Shown one piece after another: positions 48,161 through 62,067 of a stretch of 64,000 nt of DNA (within the stretch, counting starts at the first letter, position 1; each line of letters starts with the position of its first letter). The notes beneath the pieces were generated by a model. It was not told where the DNA came from and did no database searches. It saw nothing but the letters and a program-made list of their open reading frames with translations. The DNA is from Camelus ferus (lineage: Eukaryota). The stretch is taken from positions 118,360,001-118,424,000 of the forward strand of contig NC_045696.1 in the NCBI RefSeq assembly GCF_009834535.1, written 5' to 3'. The position numbers were made by a program, and so were the translations under genes.

Positions 48161-51100
48161 ATGAAAACTATATTGCCTACGAATTTGGGGTTATTTCACA
48201 ATACGGAACAAAACCCACACCTCAGACTTTTATGTCTCTGGATATCAGTGTGCAGTATGTAAAATTTGTCTAAATATAAAGTACCTCCGTACATCTTGAG
48301 AGAGAAACTGCTGTATTTTAAATATTGATCAATTAAGTTAAAACTGAATTAGCACTTTTTTTTCCCTTTAATAAAAAGCCGGTATTAGTCTAAATCTCAC
48401 TGTGGAATACTTTAGTATTACTTTTCTCTTTGCTTTTTATCTCTGTCTGAGTTTCGTCCTCACCGGTTTCCAAATTCCCACTTTTATTTTTGGCCAAATG
48501 CAGAAATTACTCCTCTTGGACTTTCATTTTCTAATAATAACGGAATTTGTCTTCAGTTCCTATCTGTTCTGATTTTTTTCTCCTTTTGCTTTTCTGTCAG
48601 ATATTTTGGCTTGAACGAGTCATAAACATCTCTAGTTTCAGTTCTAAAATTTTTCTCTATCTCGTATTTAATGAATTTACTACCATTTCTCTTTTTTGCA
48701 TGAAACTGTAGTGTCACTATTGAGTTTTCAAAATCTTAACAATTACTGAATCCACCCTGAGTCTGTGTTCTCTGATGTTTGTTATTGTTTCAAAAGCAGA
48801 TTTGCCTTTGCAGTGATATTTGGGTTAGGCTGATGTTCAGATTACCTGCCCTGACTCGACACCAGATGTCAAGGAAGCTATTTTGAACCTAAAAACATAT
48901 CATCAAAAACTGATTATCACTGTTCCCAGAAAAGCTAGTCACTACTTTTCTCCCTTTTATTTCTGATTCCTGTAGATGGAATGCCTTCTCCTTTGAAGGC
49001 TGATAGTATGACAGTCAAGTATTTGTTGTAGGAAATATGTTTTTATTTAGGTTTGTTCATCAACCTGATGACTGAGGTTTTTCTGTGTAAATCTAAATTC
49101 ATGGAATTTTACCTAAATACATATCTCTGACTCATTTATGCTCAAATAGCAAAGCAGTTGGAAAGTCCTGCCACCTTGCTAACTACCCGGACACACCACA
49201 ACAGGTATTCATCTCTCTGCCCCAGTCTTCCTCACCTGTTACCTTCTGAGCTATAGACTCTGCTAAAAATGTCTCTGAATGTCAGTTCTTTTTCCAGTTA
49301 TTTTTCTGAACATAGCATTAAGTTTTGTTTCTTTTTCAGAACTTTTCTGAAACCTTTCTACTTTACTTGTTTAATGCTGTGGATTCTACATCAGAATTTA
49401 GGGAACAAGTCATACTTTTCTAGAAAAGAGGATATCACGAAAAGTTCATTAAATTGGCACGTTAGCATTGTGGAGTAGAATTGTAGATGGTGTGCTGTCT
49501 TGTAGATACGCTGTGTCTGCCTAATACACGTTTTCAGTTGATTGGGTATTTGCTAAAAGTGGGTAATTTAGATTATCTACCTGCAATTTAATTCTTGTAG
49601 ATCTCTGGTTTTTAATCTTGCAAGTGGTTAGTATTTAGTGCGCATTTAAATGCAACTATGAACTGGTATGTAATATAATTTACATTTTTAGTATTTAGGT
49701 ATTAAACTCTTACTGTCTAGTTCCCGGATATTTGTTACAAAGTGAATGTTGTAGTTTTTAGTACTTTCTCTCATAATCCACACATGGAATTGGATTGCAT
49801 GGAATTCGGTAGTGCCATTGTGCATGGAAAATTTCCAAACCATAGTTAAGGAAGGGGACACACAAAGTCATTGAGCCATGTAATCAGTCCACATTGCATG
49901 TCAGAAAGCCCACTTCAAGACGGGGCTAGATTTAAATCATCAAATGAGGAAGAAAGGGAAACAGTTTCACCTCCGAAGGATTATTCTATTTTTACTTTAG
50001 TGACTAAGTTTTCCCAAAATTTCTTTTCAGCAATTAGTAGCTACTTACCTGTCTCTCATCCTGATTACTCTAACTTGGGATATTTGAGTTTCTAAAGCCT
50101 TTAACAAATTTCTTTTGTCCCAAATAAATTATTTAATACATTTTTATGTTTCTTTCCTCCTTCAGTGCATTCATTTGACATCTTTCTGGAACTTCCTTGG
50201 CTTCTATGATACACTTATTATTACTTTGAACCTACTTTGAATAATTTTCTTTTTCTTTAACAGCTAAGGTCACTGGTGCCTAGTCAGACTCCTCGGCCTG
50301 AGTTTGGGCTGTCCGGAGGGTCACCACATTGAGATTTGTGCGTAGATTTGAGATAACCTTGCTCAGATCCATGGGTCGTTCATTACTGCCCCACTGCAGT
50401 AAGAGAGACTTCCTTGCTGCTAGCGAAAAGACCAGATATTTATGTCTGGGGACAAATTGTACAACCAGGGGATTTTAAACAGAAGTCAGATGAACAGATT
50501 GAGATAAAGTAGGCTCCAATTTATTATAAAAATTAGGAGCAGAAAAGAGTTGCTTCACAAACCACTAGCATAGTTCACCCAAGAGCCCGGCCTGGACTGG
50601 AGAGAAAGTTGTAACTGTCACTGGGGGGAAGAGGATCAGAGTGAAGCATGAGACAGCGGAGGTCCCCAGAAATTGGAGGCAGAAAGCTGTTGTAATATGA
50701 AGCAGAGCACCCCTGGCCGCTCTTTGAAAGACTCTTGCACAGTCATTTCTGTCTCGGTGATGCCCCGGGCATCCTGTTTAGGTACTCTTCCTCTTCGGTC
50801 CCTCACTTACTGTCTTATTTTCTAGTTCCAAAGCCACTCAGTTCGCATCTTTATCTCCTAGAGTACCTACCAGTGCTCAGAGACTAGCAGTGACCTTTCT
50901 TCCTGAAAGTCCCGCTCTTGGTGCTTTCACATCGTCTCATCTTGATCACAGGATCAGGATGATTATCCCTACTTAATAGACTGCCTCCAGGTCTCACAGC
51001 TCGCGATTCTGCAACAGGAATTTGAACCCAGGCTTTTCTCCTTGGGTTTGTGATGCTTCTGTTTCACTTCAGTATAATGTCCTCTTATCTCCTTCCTGTT

Positions 51101-51471
51101 CTCTCTCCTCTTTCAGCCCTATTCCCACCTGGAGTTACTGAAATATTATTTTCTTTGTTATTTCCCTATTCAGAAATGCAGAGTCACTCTCTTGTTTTTC
51201 CCCAGTTGTAAATACTGCACTCAGAGCTCTTTCCAGACCTCCCGCCATTTCTTCTGTCCTGATGTCCTGCTCCCAACGGGGAGTGCTTCGTGGAAGTACT
51301 TTTCTTTGGCACTACTAGTCACCCTACTCGGCTCTACATTTGGAGTATCTGTGCCTTTGTCTCTTTCCTTGAAATGTTCCATGTTCCTCTTCTCCTAAAA
51401 ATTCTTGTTCAAACCTTTTGTGATTGGACCCATTTGACAGCTTACTTCTAGGTGACATTCCTCTTCCCTTA

Positions 51472-51769
51472 TAGGATCACCTCTCGATATTCATGAGGGA
51501 TTGGTTTCACGGATAACAAAATCCGTGGGTGTTCAGGTCCCTAATATAAAATGGAGTAGTGTCCTCATAGAATCTGCACACCCTCCTGTGCACTTCAGGT
51601 CCTCTCTAGATTTCTTATGCTGCCTAATGCAATGTAAATAATCGCTGGCTGCTGGCAAATTCAAGTTTTGCTTTTTGGAACTTTCTGGATTTTTTTTCCC
51701 CAAACATCTTTGATCCATGGTTGGTTGAATCTACAGACACGGAACCCATGGATCCACAGAGCAGGCTAT
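51472..51769 (+). mobile_element. MER2B-like Tigger (TcMar) MITE
   Basis: ggataacaaaatccgtgg..gtccctaatataaaatgg, ggcaaattcaagttttgctttttggaactttctgga, ttggttgaatc..ggaacccatggat. Confidence 0.85.
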
Positions 51770-52435
51770 ATATTTATTGTTTATTGCATTGCTGTGTATT
51801 TGCTCTTTGGGTCCTTGCAATTGTACATTCTTGCATTATAAACAAATGTCTAAGCTCCTTTCAGGTGGATATTCGGCCCTTTTTTTTATTTCACATTACC
51901 TCAAAGCACCTGGTAATATTTTGGATACAGAGATCATTTAAGCAACATTGACTAACTTACTCCATTTGAAGTCTGTGTTTTAATCAGATAAAACTAGTGG
52001 TGTGGTCATACATAATAATTTAAATCCTGATATTTGCATCCAAAAAAAAGGGATGATTTCTTCAAAATGTTGATACTTATAAAAATCACATTTTACATAG
52101 TCCTCAAAACCAGTGAGGTGAAACAAAGCAATCCCCCACCCCAAATGCACAGGCTCAAAGACTGTTGCTTTCACCACGCAATGGCTTTAGGCAGATGAAG
52201 ACCCTTGAAATCGTCAGATGGTGAAGGGTGTCATTTCCCTTGTGGTATGGTGGCTTCCCTTTCCTCACCCTTTTGTCTTTAACACATCAGTCCCACCCAT
52301 GGCATACGTTGCATGGCAAACGCAGACTTGAACTAAAACCTGGAGCAGCCCTCGGCACCTCTCAGAGATGAGAGTCTGAGGGTAATTCTTGGAATTGTGC
52401 TAGTCAATTTCAATCCTGTGTTTTCTGTTTTTCAG

Positions 52436-52538
52436 GTTTCCTGAAATGCAGTTTTTCCAACAAGAAAATGTGAGAAAAATTCTTACAGATGTTCTTTTCT
52501 GTTATGCTAGAGAAAACGAGCAGTTGCTTTATAAACAG
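52436..52538 (+). CDS. TBC1D5: TBC1D5 coding exon, 103 nt: (T)FPEMQFFQQENVRKILTDVLFCYARENEQLLYKQ, ending in the glutamine-finger YxQ
   Basis: ttttctgtttttcag acceptor, CAG|gtaatg donor, phase 2 to 0. Confidence 0.96.
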
Positions 52539-53477
52539 GTAATGAAAATATCGTACAGGTGGCATCCATTGACTCAAAATTTTCCATACAGCTTGACAAA
52601 TGATAGAGCAATAATGTAGCCTTTATTGTATCCAGAGCTGCATCATAATAGTCACGCAATCAGAGAGCGGCTCGTCAGCTGCCTGGCGAGAAAAGTGAGC
52701 TCCTCGCAGCACGTCTGCCTCCTCCTTATTGGGAGACATTCCACCAAATTGTCTCCTACAAGGCATTCAATCTTTTCTTTCAACTTTTGGGAGTTTGTTT
52801 ATAAACAGCATCTTTGAAGGCAATCTAGTAATAAAACTTTTCAGAGTTGCAGATATAAATATTGTTTCTAAGCACTGCATTTATAAATATGTGACATGCC
52901 ATGTAGAAAATAATCAGGTGTCCTTTTGCTCTTTAAAATTCACCAGTAACGTAGCTTCAGAAAGTTCCTTTCAACTTTTTGAAATTTATATGATATTCTT
53001 TGTGATCCTGATGTTTGATTCATCTCATTACTAACGTATATTATTGGATTGTGTTTGCTCTTTTTGAAATGTAAATTGTTCAGTACATAAAGAAATGTCT
53101 AGGTTTCTATTTAAGCTTATAGGGCTCCAATAAAAATACACAAATTGCATATTTCTATGGGTTTCTCAAAATGCATATTAAGTGGAAATTCAGACACTTA
53201 TTAATTCTCTAACAATCCAAAGTTGTGATGTCCAGCTGATAACCACCAAAATTCAGTGTATTATAACAAAAAAACTTGCATGGTGAGAGCAGTATACTTA
53301 ATTTGAGATAAACTTGATTCACTTAAAGATAATAAACCAAGTCATATTACAGTTGTCCTTAATAACATATTTGTTACTATATACATTGGATACCCAAGGG
53401 AACTAACTTTGTCTTAGATTTGATATTAGTAATATATCTTTATATTAATCACATGGTGATAACTAGCTTTTAGAGTG

Positions 53478-54500
53478 GAAAAAAAAATACCCTATTTATA
53501 ATGGCAACCAAAACTATCAAGTGTCTAGAAATGAATTTAACAGTATTGGAACAAAAGTTATATGAAGACAGCTGTAAATGTTATTGAAGGATAAAAGGAA
53601 ACACTGAATAAATAGAAAATTGATGGTGTGTTTTTAGGTGGGAAGATATTAAGTAAAACTATTACTTCTTCCCAAATTACTATATAAATGCATTACCATT
53701 CCAGTGATAATCTAAGTGAGACATGTGGTTTTTAAAAACCAGACACAGTTGTTTTTCATTTAATGCCAAAAAGGTTTACAGTAATTTTACTGAAGATAAT
53801 ATAGCTTAGTGGTTAAGAACACTGGGTCTAGACTCAGAGGCCTATGTTTGAATCTCAACTCTACCACTTATTAGCTGCACAATCTTAGGCAATCTTGCTT
53901 AGCTTTTCTTATCCTCAGTTTCGTTGATGAGAGCAATGATAGAATTGACTTTGTAGAGTCAGAAGCATAGAGTGCTGACTGAGAGCTCACGTTAGTGCCA
54001 GGGGCAGTTATCATTAGTTATCATCATAGTCAGTGTTAGATATGCTGGAGTCGCCACAGAATTTAAGGGAAGGGGAGAGTGGCCCAGGGACATATGAAAG
54101 CTCTGATAACTGTTCTGTTGATCAAACCAATGAAACAGGGATGTGGGAATTGAGAAATAGATCAGTGAGACAAACGAAGAACAGGTCCAGTTACAAGTGA
54201 GATGTTAATGTGACAAGCCAGGGCATTTTCATTCAATGGGAAAAGGATATGGGCTTGCCATATTTGGCTTTGCATCTGGAAAAAAAGATTAACTTAGACC
54301 TTTATTGGAGAATAAATTCCAGATAGAGTAAAGATATAATTGTAAAAACTAAAATTACATAAAAATACAATAAAACCATTTAGGAGAATTTTTTATAATC
54401 TCAGGGTAGAAAAGGCCTTCCCAAGCAAGTTAGGCTATTCAGATTGGATGCAAAGTTTAGAAGTCAAAAACAAACCAAAGAGGAGACTGGGAGAAAATAA
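53478..54500 (+). mobile_element. Very old L1 (L1ME-like) ORF2 remnants
   Basis: aaataccctatttataatggcaacc..ctagaaatgaatttaaca; cattttcattcaatgggaaaagga; aataaattccagatagagtaaagat. Confidence 0.6.
53798..54010 (+). mobile_element. MIR SINE
   Basis: atagcttagtggttaagaac..tttgaatctcaactctaccacttattagctg..cctcagtttc. Confidence 0.8.
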
Positions 54501-56118
54501 ATTTCAATCAGTGTAGAATTTAGGGGGAAGCAAAGAGCAGAAAATTCCATTCAGGATGCCTGAAAGTCTAAGAGCATTATTAACATGCTTTACAGGAAGT
54601 CTGGGGGCAGAATGCTTCTGAAGCTTTAGTTCTGTGGCTCGGACTCCTCACCTGTGATCTGTGTTTATTTCTGTTTTTCTGCACTTCTCCTCATGGTGGT
54701 GGCTTTTGTCATTAAAAGCCTCTTCATTGTTCCTCTCCTCTTTCTGATTTCATAGTAAAAGATTTGATGATAGCAAATCAAGTCGGAATAAAATTATCCC
54801 AGCTTTACATCTGTTTCCTCTTTTTCTCTAGAGAAAGGAAGGTCTAGATTAAGGAAGTCTTAAGATAATGGAAACAAGTTCCATGGACAAGGAACAAAAG
54901 CATAGTAACTGCACACGCCATCATTTGTGGTGTATGCCTCCCTTTTATGAGAAAGACTAAACAGCAGTCTGGAAGATCACGTTCTTGATAATTCAGATTA
55001 AGTCTATCAGTTACTGAATAGGAAAGTATTATTAACTCACTCCTGGTTATCACCTACTAAGGCTTAAATTACACCCTGTGCACATTAAAAATGCTATAGA
55101 TTCTTTACATAGAAATGATCCCTTGCTGTAAAAGGACTGTGAATATTTCGCCAGATCAAATTTAAGAGAAAACCTTGAGTTTCATCACAAGCTGTTAAAG
55201 CTATTATTTTGTGCTAGGTGACACCCCGTTTAACATCGACCATATTGTTAATAGTTATGGGATTTTATTGAATTAATGAGACTGTTATCATGGAGTAGAA
55301 TGTCTTGCTGAGTTAATTGAAACTGCAGAGATTATATAAATGGTATTAATGAACTTTGACTGCCTGATGTCTCCGCTTTAATAAAGACTGCTTGGTGGGC
55401 TAAATGAGCACAGGCAGATAAAAGAACAGGTTCAATTTTGTGAGCCTACAGGCTGTTGACAAAGGAAACTTTGTTACCTTTATTTTCAACTGGCATGAGT
55501 TTGGGGCACAGTGACTACCGCAGATCCAGCGGGGGAAAGGCTGTCAGCAAGCCAGGGTGCCCGCCGGCAGTGTGGGTGCAAGCAAAGCATGCATTTGGGG
55601 GACCAGGAAGTACCCTGACAATACATTATTTTTTATGACACTTTGTCAGATTTACAGCATATCGAATTTATGACCGTTCTTTCTAGATACGTCTCTTTTC
55701 CCTTAAAGATGTCTATATGCTTGCCACCTCTAAATATTAATCAGGTTTCACTAGTCAAGAATTGAGAGTAAAACCAACAGTCTCTTCCAAGTCTATTTGA
55801 GGAAACTATCCCTAGTGTAGTTGGGAGTCAACACTGAATTTGTAAGAGGATGTCTTAATGGTATTCAGGGGGCTCTGAATTTCCATTATACAAAAAGCAC
55901 CCTTATTTATTGATGGGAAATGTTGAAATATAATTCAGTATTCTTTTCCATTTTGCATATTGTAGTTCAACTGTTGCCATTGTGTTGATAAATGAAATAT
56001 CAGCCTTCATTTATTCCAAAATGAATGAGTGGTGACTGTATTGACTGGTAGCTGTTTCATTCCTTCAGTCCCTAGGTAGTGAGCACCTTATACGTGCTGA
56101 GCCCATAGTAGGAGCTGG

Positions 56119-56170
56119 GTGTGTGTGTGTGCGTGTGTGCACACTTATGTGTGTGCACATGCACACATGT
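56119..56170. repeat. (TG)n/(CA)n alternating purine-pyrimidine tract
   Basis: Seen directly. Confidence 0.75.
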
Positions 56171-56539
56171 ATCAGTTGTCCCAGTTGATAAGTGTATAGC
56201 ACTTCTATGCTTGTTTTGTTATTGTGTGTCTTGCCACGTAGACTGCGGGCGCCATCATGGTTAGGAGTTTGCCCACTTCATTTTTGTGCTCCCAGCACAT
56301 CATAGATGGTTTGTATGTAGTTTTTGGAATAAATGAAGGTGAATGGTGCATGAGCAAATGGAGAATCCAGAAAGAGTAGTGTCACAGAAGCTAGAGGGAC
56401 AAGAACGTTTAAAGAAGGTAAGAAGAGGCAGTTAGCAAGAGCTCCTTCTTATTAAACCAGCCGTAGTCAGTGAGAAAACACAGGGAGGGGAAAAAACTGA
56501 TGGGAAAAGTTCATTCGGAAGATCACTGCCACCAACACC

Positions 56540-57625
56540 AACGAAAACCTAGTAATAAAACTAATAAAAACTATGCAGGTCTACACATTTTTGGACTGGA
56601 ATATCTGGTGGTGTTAAAAAATCCTTCTTACAGTTAAATCTAATGCAATGGCAATAAAAATTGTAGTATTTTGTTTAGTGTTTTATGTAACTAAATGTTA
56701 CCGAAGTTAACTTGGATGAAAAAAATGTTAGCATAGTCAGAATGATTTTGAGAAAAAGAACAGAAAATATGAAGAAATGAAATATTTTATAATTCAAGTC
56801 ATTACAGTGCTAAAGTTCTTGTTAAGAGTATATAGACCGATGGAATACCAGTAAAAACTCAGGGAAAAAAAGAGCTAAATATTCAGTTTATGATAAAGAT
56901 GACGTTTCAGAACTCTTGGGAGAAAATGGATTATTCAGTAAATGATGATTATTCAACAGATTAGTTTAATTCCTTGAGAGAGAAAAAAATACATGTTTGT
57001 TTATTCTTCAGGGCAAAGTTAAATAATTCATTGTAAAAAAGGAAACTATATATTTAACCTAATATTAATATGAGGAAGTCTTTTTAGGCATGAAAGCAAA
57101 ACAAGAAACCATGAAGAATGAATGAAAGATATGACTATTTTAAAGTATACAGCTTCACAATAAGATATATCCTCAAAATTAAAAGACAAATGATAAACAT
57201 GGGAAAGTATTTGTAAGAAAAGTGACTAAAGGTTAATATTCTAAATTGGTAAAGAATAATTATAAATCATCAGGAAAAAGGAAGATACTTCATCAGGAGA
57301 AAATGGACAATTCATTACATAAAAATGGCCAATAAAATGTGTTCAATATCACTAGCATTTAAGTTAAAACCACCATTTGATGGTGAAACTTGACAGGATT
57401 TAAAAAAAAAAAAAAGACAAATATAGGTAGGGATGTGTGAGATGGTGATTTTTATGCCCTAAAGTGAGGGAATTCTTCCTGAAGGGCAGGTTAATTGTAT
57501 ATACCAAATTGTATGTATATCTTAACAAATGTCTTAACTACCCAGGAATCCTACTCCTGGGGACTTTATCCTAAGGAAATCATCAGAAATGAAGCAAAAG
57601 ATTACCAGAAGGAGTCTATCACAGT
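56540..57625 (+). mobile_element. Very old L1 (L1ME-like) ORF2/3' remnant
   Basis: aatggattattcagtaaatga, aaaagacaaatgataaacatgggaaagtatttg, cccaggaatcctactcctggggactttatcctaaggaaat. Confidence 0.65.
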
Positions 57626-59197
57626 TTTAAATTTCTTTCTTTTCTTTGTTTAGGCCCTTCCTTCCTCCCTCCTTCCTTCCACCCTCCCTTTCACCTCCCT
57701 TTTTTTTTGTTTTTTTCTGCTTTTTGTTTTTGCTTTTCTGCAGTTCTCTATAATAACTGTTACCATGATGACTAAAATGATGGCACTTGGTCTTTGGAAT
57801 AACTTGAGCTTATTCCTGGAGAGTGAGTGCCTCATGATGATTTTAAAGCACACCAGCAGCGCTGTTCCCACTCTTTCTGGGTCTCTCCCGTGTTCCCCTA
57901 AGGAACAGTCTTTTCAAGGTCTGTTTAGCAGGGGTTGGTTATCTAAAGAGACTGAAGTGCTATGTGGTAATTTGTCCTAAATTACAAGTAAGTTGTCAAT
58001 GGATCATGAATCATTTCGTAAAAATGTCATTAAGTCCTTCTAAGTCAAGGCTAGCGATAACTTACAAATGAACTCCGGCAGCGTTTACTTTTGTGTGGCT
58101 TTATGACAATAGCCGGTGTCCTGTGAGCAGCAGAGAGCTGCTAGACTGGGCAGAGGCCAGTATCACTGTCCTCTCGTCGCAGGGGGTTTCTCTCATTCCA
58201 CCAGGAAAATCAGTTCTCTCTGCTTTTGTGCTTTATTGTTATTTCCTGTAAAGGTGGGGTTTTGTCTTGTCTTTTTCTAAAAGATCATCTGTACGCAAAA
58301 GGAAAATAGTAATTTACTCCCTCTAAGAGGCAGCAGAGAATGTAGTCTATTTTTAACTTGCTAAAATACATTTTTTGATGCCTAAGTAGGGAAACAATCT
58401 TCATTAACAAGGCAGGTCACTGTCATGAACCACCTCGTTTCATCTCAGTAACAGATGAAAAATGCATTTTTATAAAACCCTTTGAAAGACATCTTAGTAA
58501 CTAATACACCTTTTTGTTTCTGTATCTATTCATGAAATCCACAAGTGAACACCAGTATAAGGAAAAAGAAAATCGTATGGGTGAAATCACTAAATAAATT
58601 CAAAAGTAACCTTATAGTTGAAGTTGATAGGAAAAAAATCATAGTCATCTTCTGCTTAAACATGTTGAAAATCCTACTTTAAAAACTTTGTTTTCTCTCA
58701 TACCTGCTAAAGGTTGTTTCTCTTATTATCCAACATTTCCAGCTAGCTGACTTCAGCACTTCCTAAATCTACAGACATCCTGATTTTGAGCCATTATATA
58801 ATGAAAACATTGGCTGTAATTTCCTTAGGTCTACAGTTCTCAGTTGCCCTTCTTACTGCAGATCTTTACACTGTAGCTCATGATTATCATTTGCATGAAT
58901 GAAATTCATATTTATGAGCACAGCTCCTGAAGCAACTGACAGGTGCAAGGTTGTCTACCATGCCAATTTATTGTCTGTTGTGTCATTTAAAAGAGAACTG
59001 CTCCCCATGTTTTTAAAGAAGAATGCGTGCTGTGGCTGAATTGGAGTCAAATTCTAAAAGGACATAAAATCGCATTTTGTAGCTTCTTCTGTGTATGCTT
59101 TTCTGTATAGTGTGGAAGTGCAGGTGGTGGAATCAGCTGCAGAAGCTCTCAGCTGGGCTGGTCCTGTCCACCCGCCACTCTTCGTTGTCTGTTTCAG

Positions 59198-59286
59198 GGC
59201 ATGCATGAGCTGCTGGCCCCGATCGTCTTCACCCTGCACTGTGACCACCAGGCCTTCCTTCACGCCAGTGAGTCTGCGCAGCCAAG
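59198..59286 (+). CDS. TBC1D5: TBC1D5 coding exon, 89 nt: GMHELLAPIVFTLHCDHQAFLHASESAQP(S); non-canonical GC donor
   Basis: gtctgtttcag acceptor; the AAG|gcaagt donor gives phase 2 and the expected AQPSEEMK junction. Confidence 0.93.
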
Positions 59287-60798
59287 GCAAGTCGTGACAT
59301 AAGCCCCTCTATTTTTTCAGCCCTGCTGTGATCTTTTTCTCACCTCAACATCTAGTCCCTTGAAAGTATTTCATAAATTGTAAACATTTGGTTGTGTTTC
59401 ATGCGGCTGGCTGTTCATTCCACTCACTAATTGTAATCCCACTTCAGCTATGGGGCAAATTTGGAATTGTAAACATCTTAGTAGACCTTAGGGCTGTACC
59501 AAAGGACGTATAACTGATGGATCAAGAGGAGGAGATTGTTGTTGTAACGGCAAAGTGCTAATGATGGTTAACATTCATACGTACTGTCCTCTCGTGACCC
59601 ATCTTTCACTGCAGGCTGGGAGAGAACCTTTACCTGCGAGATACTTTCTCCTCACCAGAGTTGACTCAGTTCAGTTCATAAATAGAGCAGTTCCACAAAG
59701 AACCCCAGTCTTTAGACAGACAAAAATGACTTCTCATGTTTTTGAAATATGTTAATTTATTATTTCCAGAAAGTAATGTTAATTGTAATGAACTTAGGCC
59801 AATTGTTAGAATTTATTCTCTAACTTAAGAGATGCTAACTAGTCAGGCCAGAGAGGCAGCCAGGAAGCATCCTGGAAAGGGAGAGCTGAGGGAATGTAAA
59901 ACCTCGCCAGGAATATTCCACAGGCTAGCCCATCTCTATGCAGAGAATAAAATCAACACACAGCACTCCATGTGCTTTTCTGTACGATCTTCATTAACCA
60001 AATATAGCCATCCCATTTTGCTGAGCATATATTAGGGTATTTGTCAAATTAACTTGCTTACTGTATTACAGAGTAGTATTCTCTTGTTCCTTTTGATTTT
60101 TTCTAATTATGCTGAGTTTACTGAATCTGACCTATCGTAACCATACCTTACTTGTCATTGCTTCAGTTATTCTAAAGGGTAAGGGTGAAGTTAGTGTGGG
60201 ATGGTGTTTTCATGCAGCTTGTCTTCTTTAAAACATATATGCTAACGTATTTCGCAGTAAAGTATACACTGAGAATAGCTTTTGAATGAGTTGGACATGC
60301 TTCTATAGCTGTTTCAACCCTTTATAAAGTAAAAGCAACCCTAAAATAGATTTGGAAGAGGTGCTCTCACTGATTAATTGATATTAAAATATAATAAAAG
60401 GAGAAGCCATCAAAAGAAAATAATGTTTTGATATGGGATATTTGACTGGTAACTATTAATTTTTGTTTTGTTTTGGACAAGTGATGGATTGTGGAGTAAT
60501 CAGTTGACTCTAGACCAGGCACGTCTGAGGAGTGTATTGTCACATTCTGTATTCGGTATGTAGAATAATTAGAGAGTTACCTCATTGTGGTACTGACAGG
60601 GAGCTAATTTGGTTTTGATCCTTATAGAAAGAAAGGATTTCATTTGTTAATGGAGTTGCTCTTTTTATTAATAAAGGCTTGCTTTTTTTAAATTTACACA
60701 TTTATGCAAGTGGGCTTGTGAGTATAGAAAAAGGCCACCTCTGCATGTCCTTCAATTAAAAAGTTACACGTGCTGATTGCTTGTATTGCTTTTTTAAG

Positions 60799-60849
60799 TG
60801 AGGAAATGAAAACGCTCCTGAACCCTGAGTACCTGGAACATGATGCCTA
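60799..60849 (+). CDS. TBC1D5: TBC1D5 coding exon, 51 nt: (S)EEMKTLLNPEYLEHDA(Y)
   Basis: cttttttaag acceptor, TA|gtaagt donor, phase 2 to 2; EHDAY TBC motif. Confidence 0.94.
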
Positions 60850-60943
60850 GTAAGTACAGAAGCTTGGTTACTTTTACTTTTGATGCCATTTTTACATTAA
60901 TGGAGGTTTAATATTAGCATTATATTATTTTTCTAATTTTTAG

Positions 60944-61013
60944 TGCGATGTTCTCCCAACTTATGGAAACTGCTGAACCTTGGTTTTCTACTTTTGAGCA
61001 TGATGGTCAAAAG
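60944..61013 (+). CDS. TBC1D5: TBC1D5 coding exon, 70 nt: (Y)AMFSQLMETAEPWFSTFEHDGQK
   Basis: ttctaatttttag acceptor, AAG|gtaaat donor, phase 2 to 0; overlaps ORF 60948..61151. Confidence 0.95.
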
Positions 61014-61504
61014 GTAAATCTTATAGTGCAGATCTTTTCAATATATTTGAGGGACCAAATGATTTCAGTAAGTAACTTTAAGTTTAAAGTAAGTAAGTTG
61101 AAAAACATACGATCAGAGAATAGAAGCTATTATTATTACTATAAAAAATGAAAATATAAGAATACCTGTGGAATAATAAGTTTGAACTGGGGATCTAAAT
61201 CATGTCTCTAGTAATACTGGCAGATATAAAGAAGTAATATAAAAAATGTCATATAAGTAAGTAGAAACTTTCTTTTATGTGTCTATTTTATGCAGGCAGT
61301 ATAATTTCTTACTTAAAAATGATTATAAATTTTGAGTGATACGTGCATTTATCTACTTGGTCTGTCGCTACCCCCGTGAGTTGATAGATACTGAATTGCG
61401 TAGACAACTCTGTGTCAGATTGGTTGTTTTACTTTGACTAATGCATCACTATTGAGTATATACATTTAGCATCAGTACCATTTATGCTTACTCTCTCTTA
61501 ACCT

Positions 61505-62067
61505 TATTTTTTAACTGTAATTTTTTGTGTGAAATAATTAACATACCGTTAACAGTCACCTCTCTAAAGGTACAATTTAGTGGTTTTTAGTATTTTCACA
61601 GGGTTGTGCAAATGTCCCCACTCTCTAATGTCAAAACATTTCCAACACCCCCAAAGGAAATCCTGTACCCATTAGCAGTCCCTCCCTTAACCCCATTCCC
61701 CAGAGCCCTGGCATCACTGGTACGCTATCTATTTCCTGGATTTGCCTTTTCTGGACACTTCATATAAATGGAATCATATAATATGTGGCCTTTTGTGACC
61801 AATTGTTCACATAGCATAATATTCTCAGCATTCATTCATGTTGCAGCAGGTGTCTGTCAGTACCTCATTCCTTTTCACAGCCAAATAATGTTCCATTGCC
61901 TGGATATATACTACATTTTATTTTCCATACATCCATTGGTGGACATTTGGGTTCTTTCCACTATTTGGCCATTAAGAATAATGTTACTGTGAACATTCGT
62001 GTACAAACTTTTGTGTGAACATATGTTTTCAGCTCTCTTGCTGTATCTCTAGGGGATGGGATTGCCA
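61505..62067 (-). mobile_element. L1MB-like 3' end
   Basis: tacaatttagtggtttttagtattttcacag..ttgtgcaa, gatttgccttttctggacacttcatataaatggaatcatataatatgtggccttttgtg. Confidence 0.88.

Noticed and set aside
60848..60850. Premature TAG suggesting a pseudogene
   Set aside because: The G is the first base of the GTAAGT donor; the spliced codon is TA|T (Tyr)
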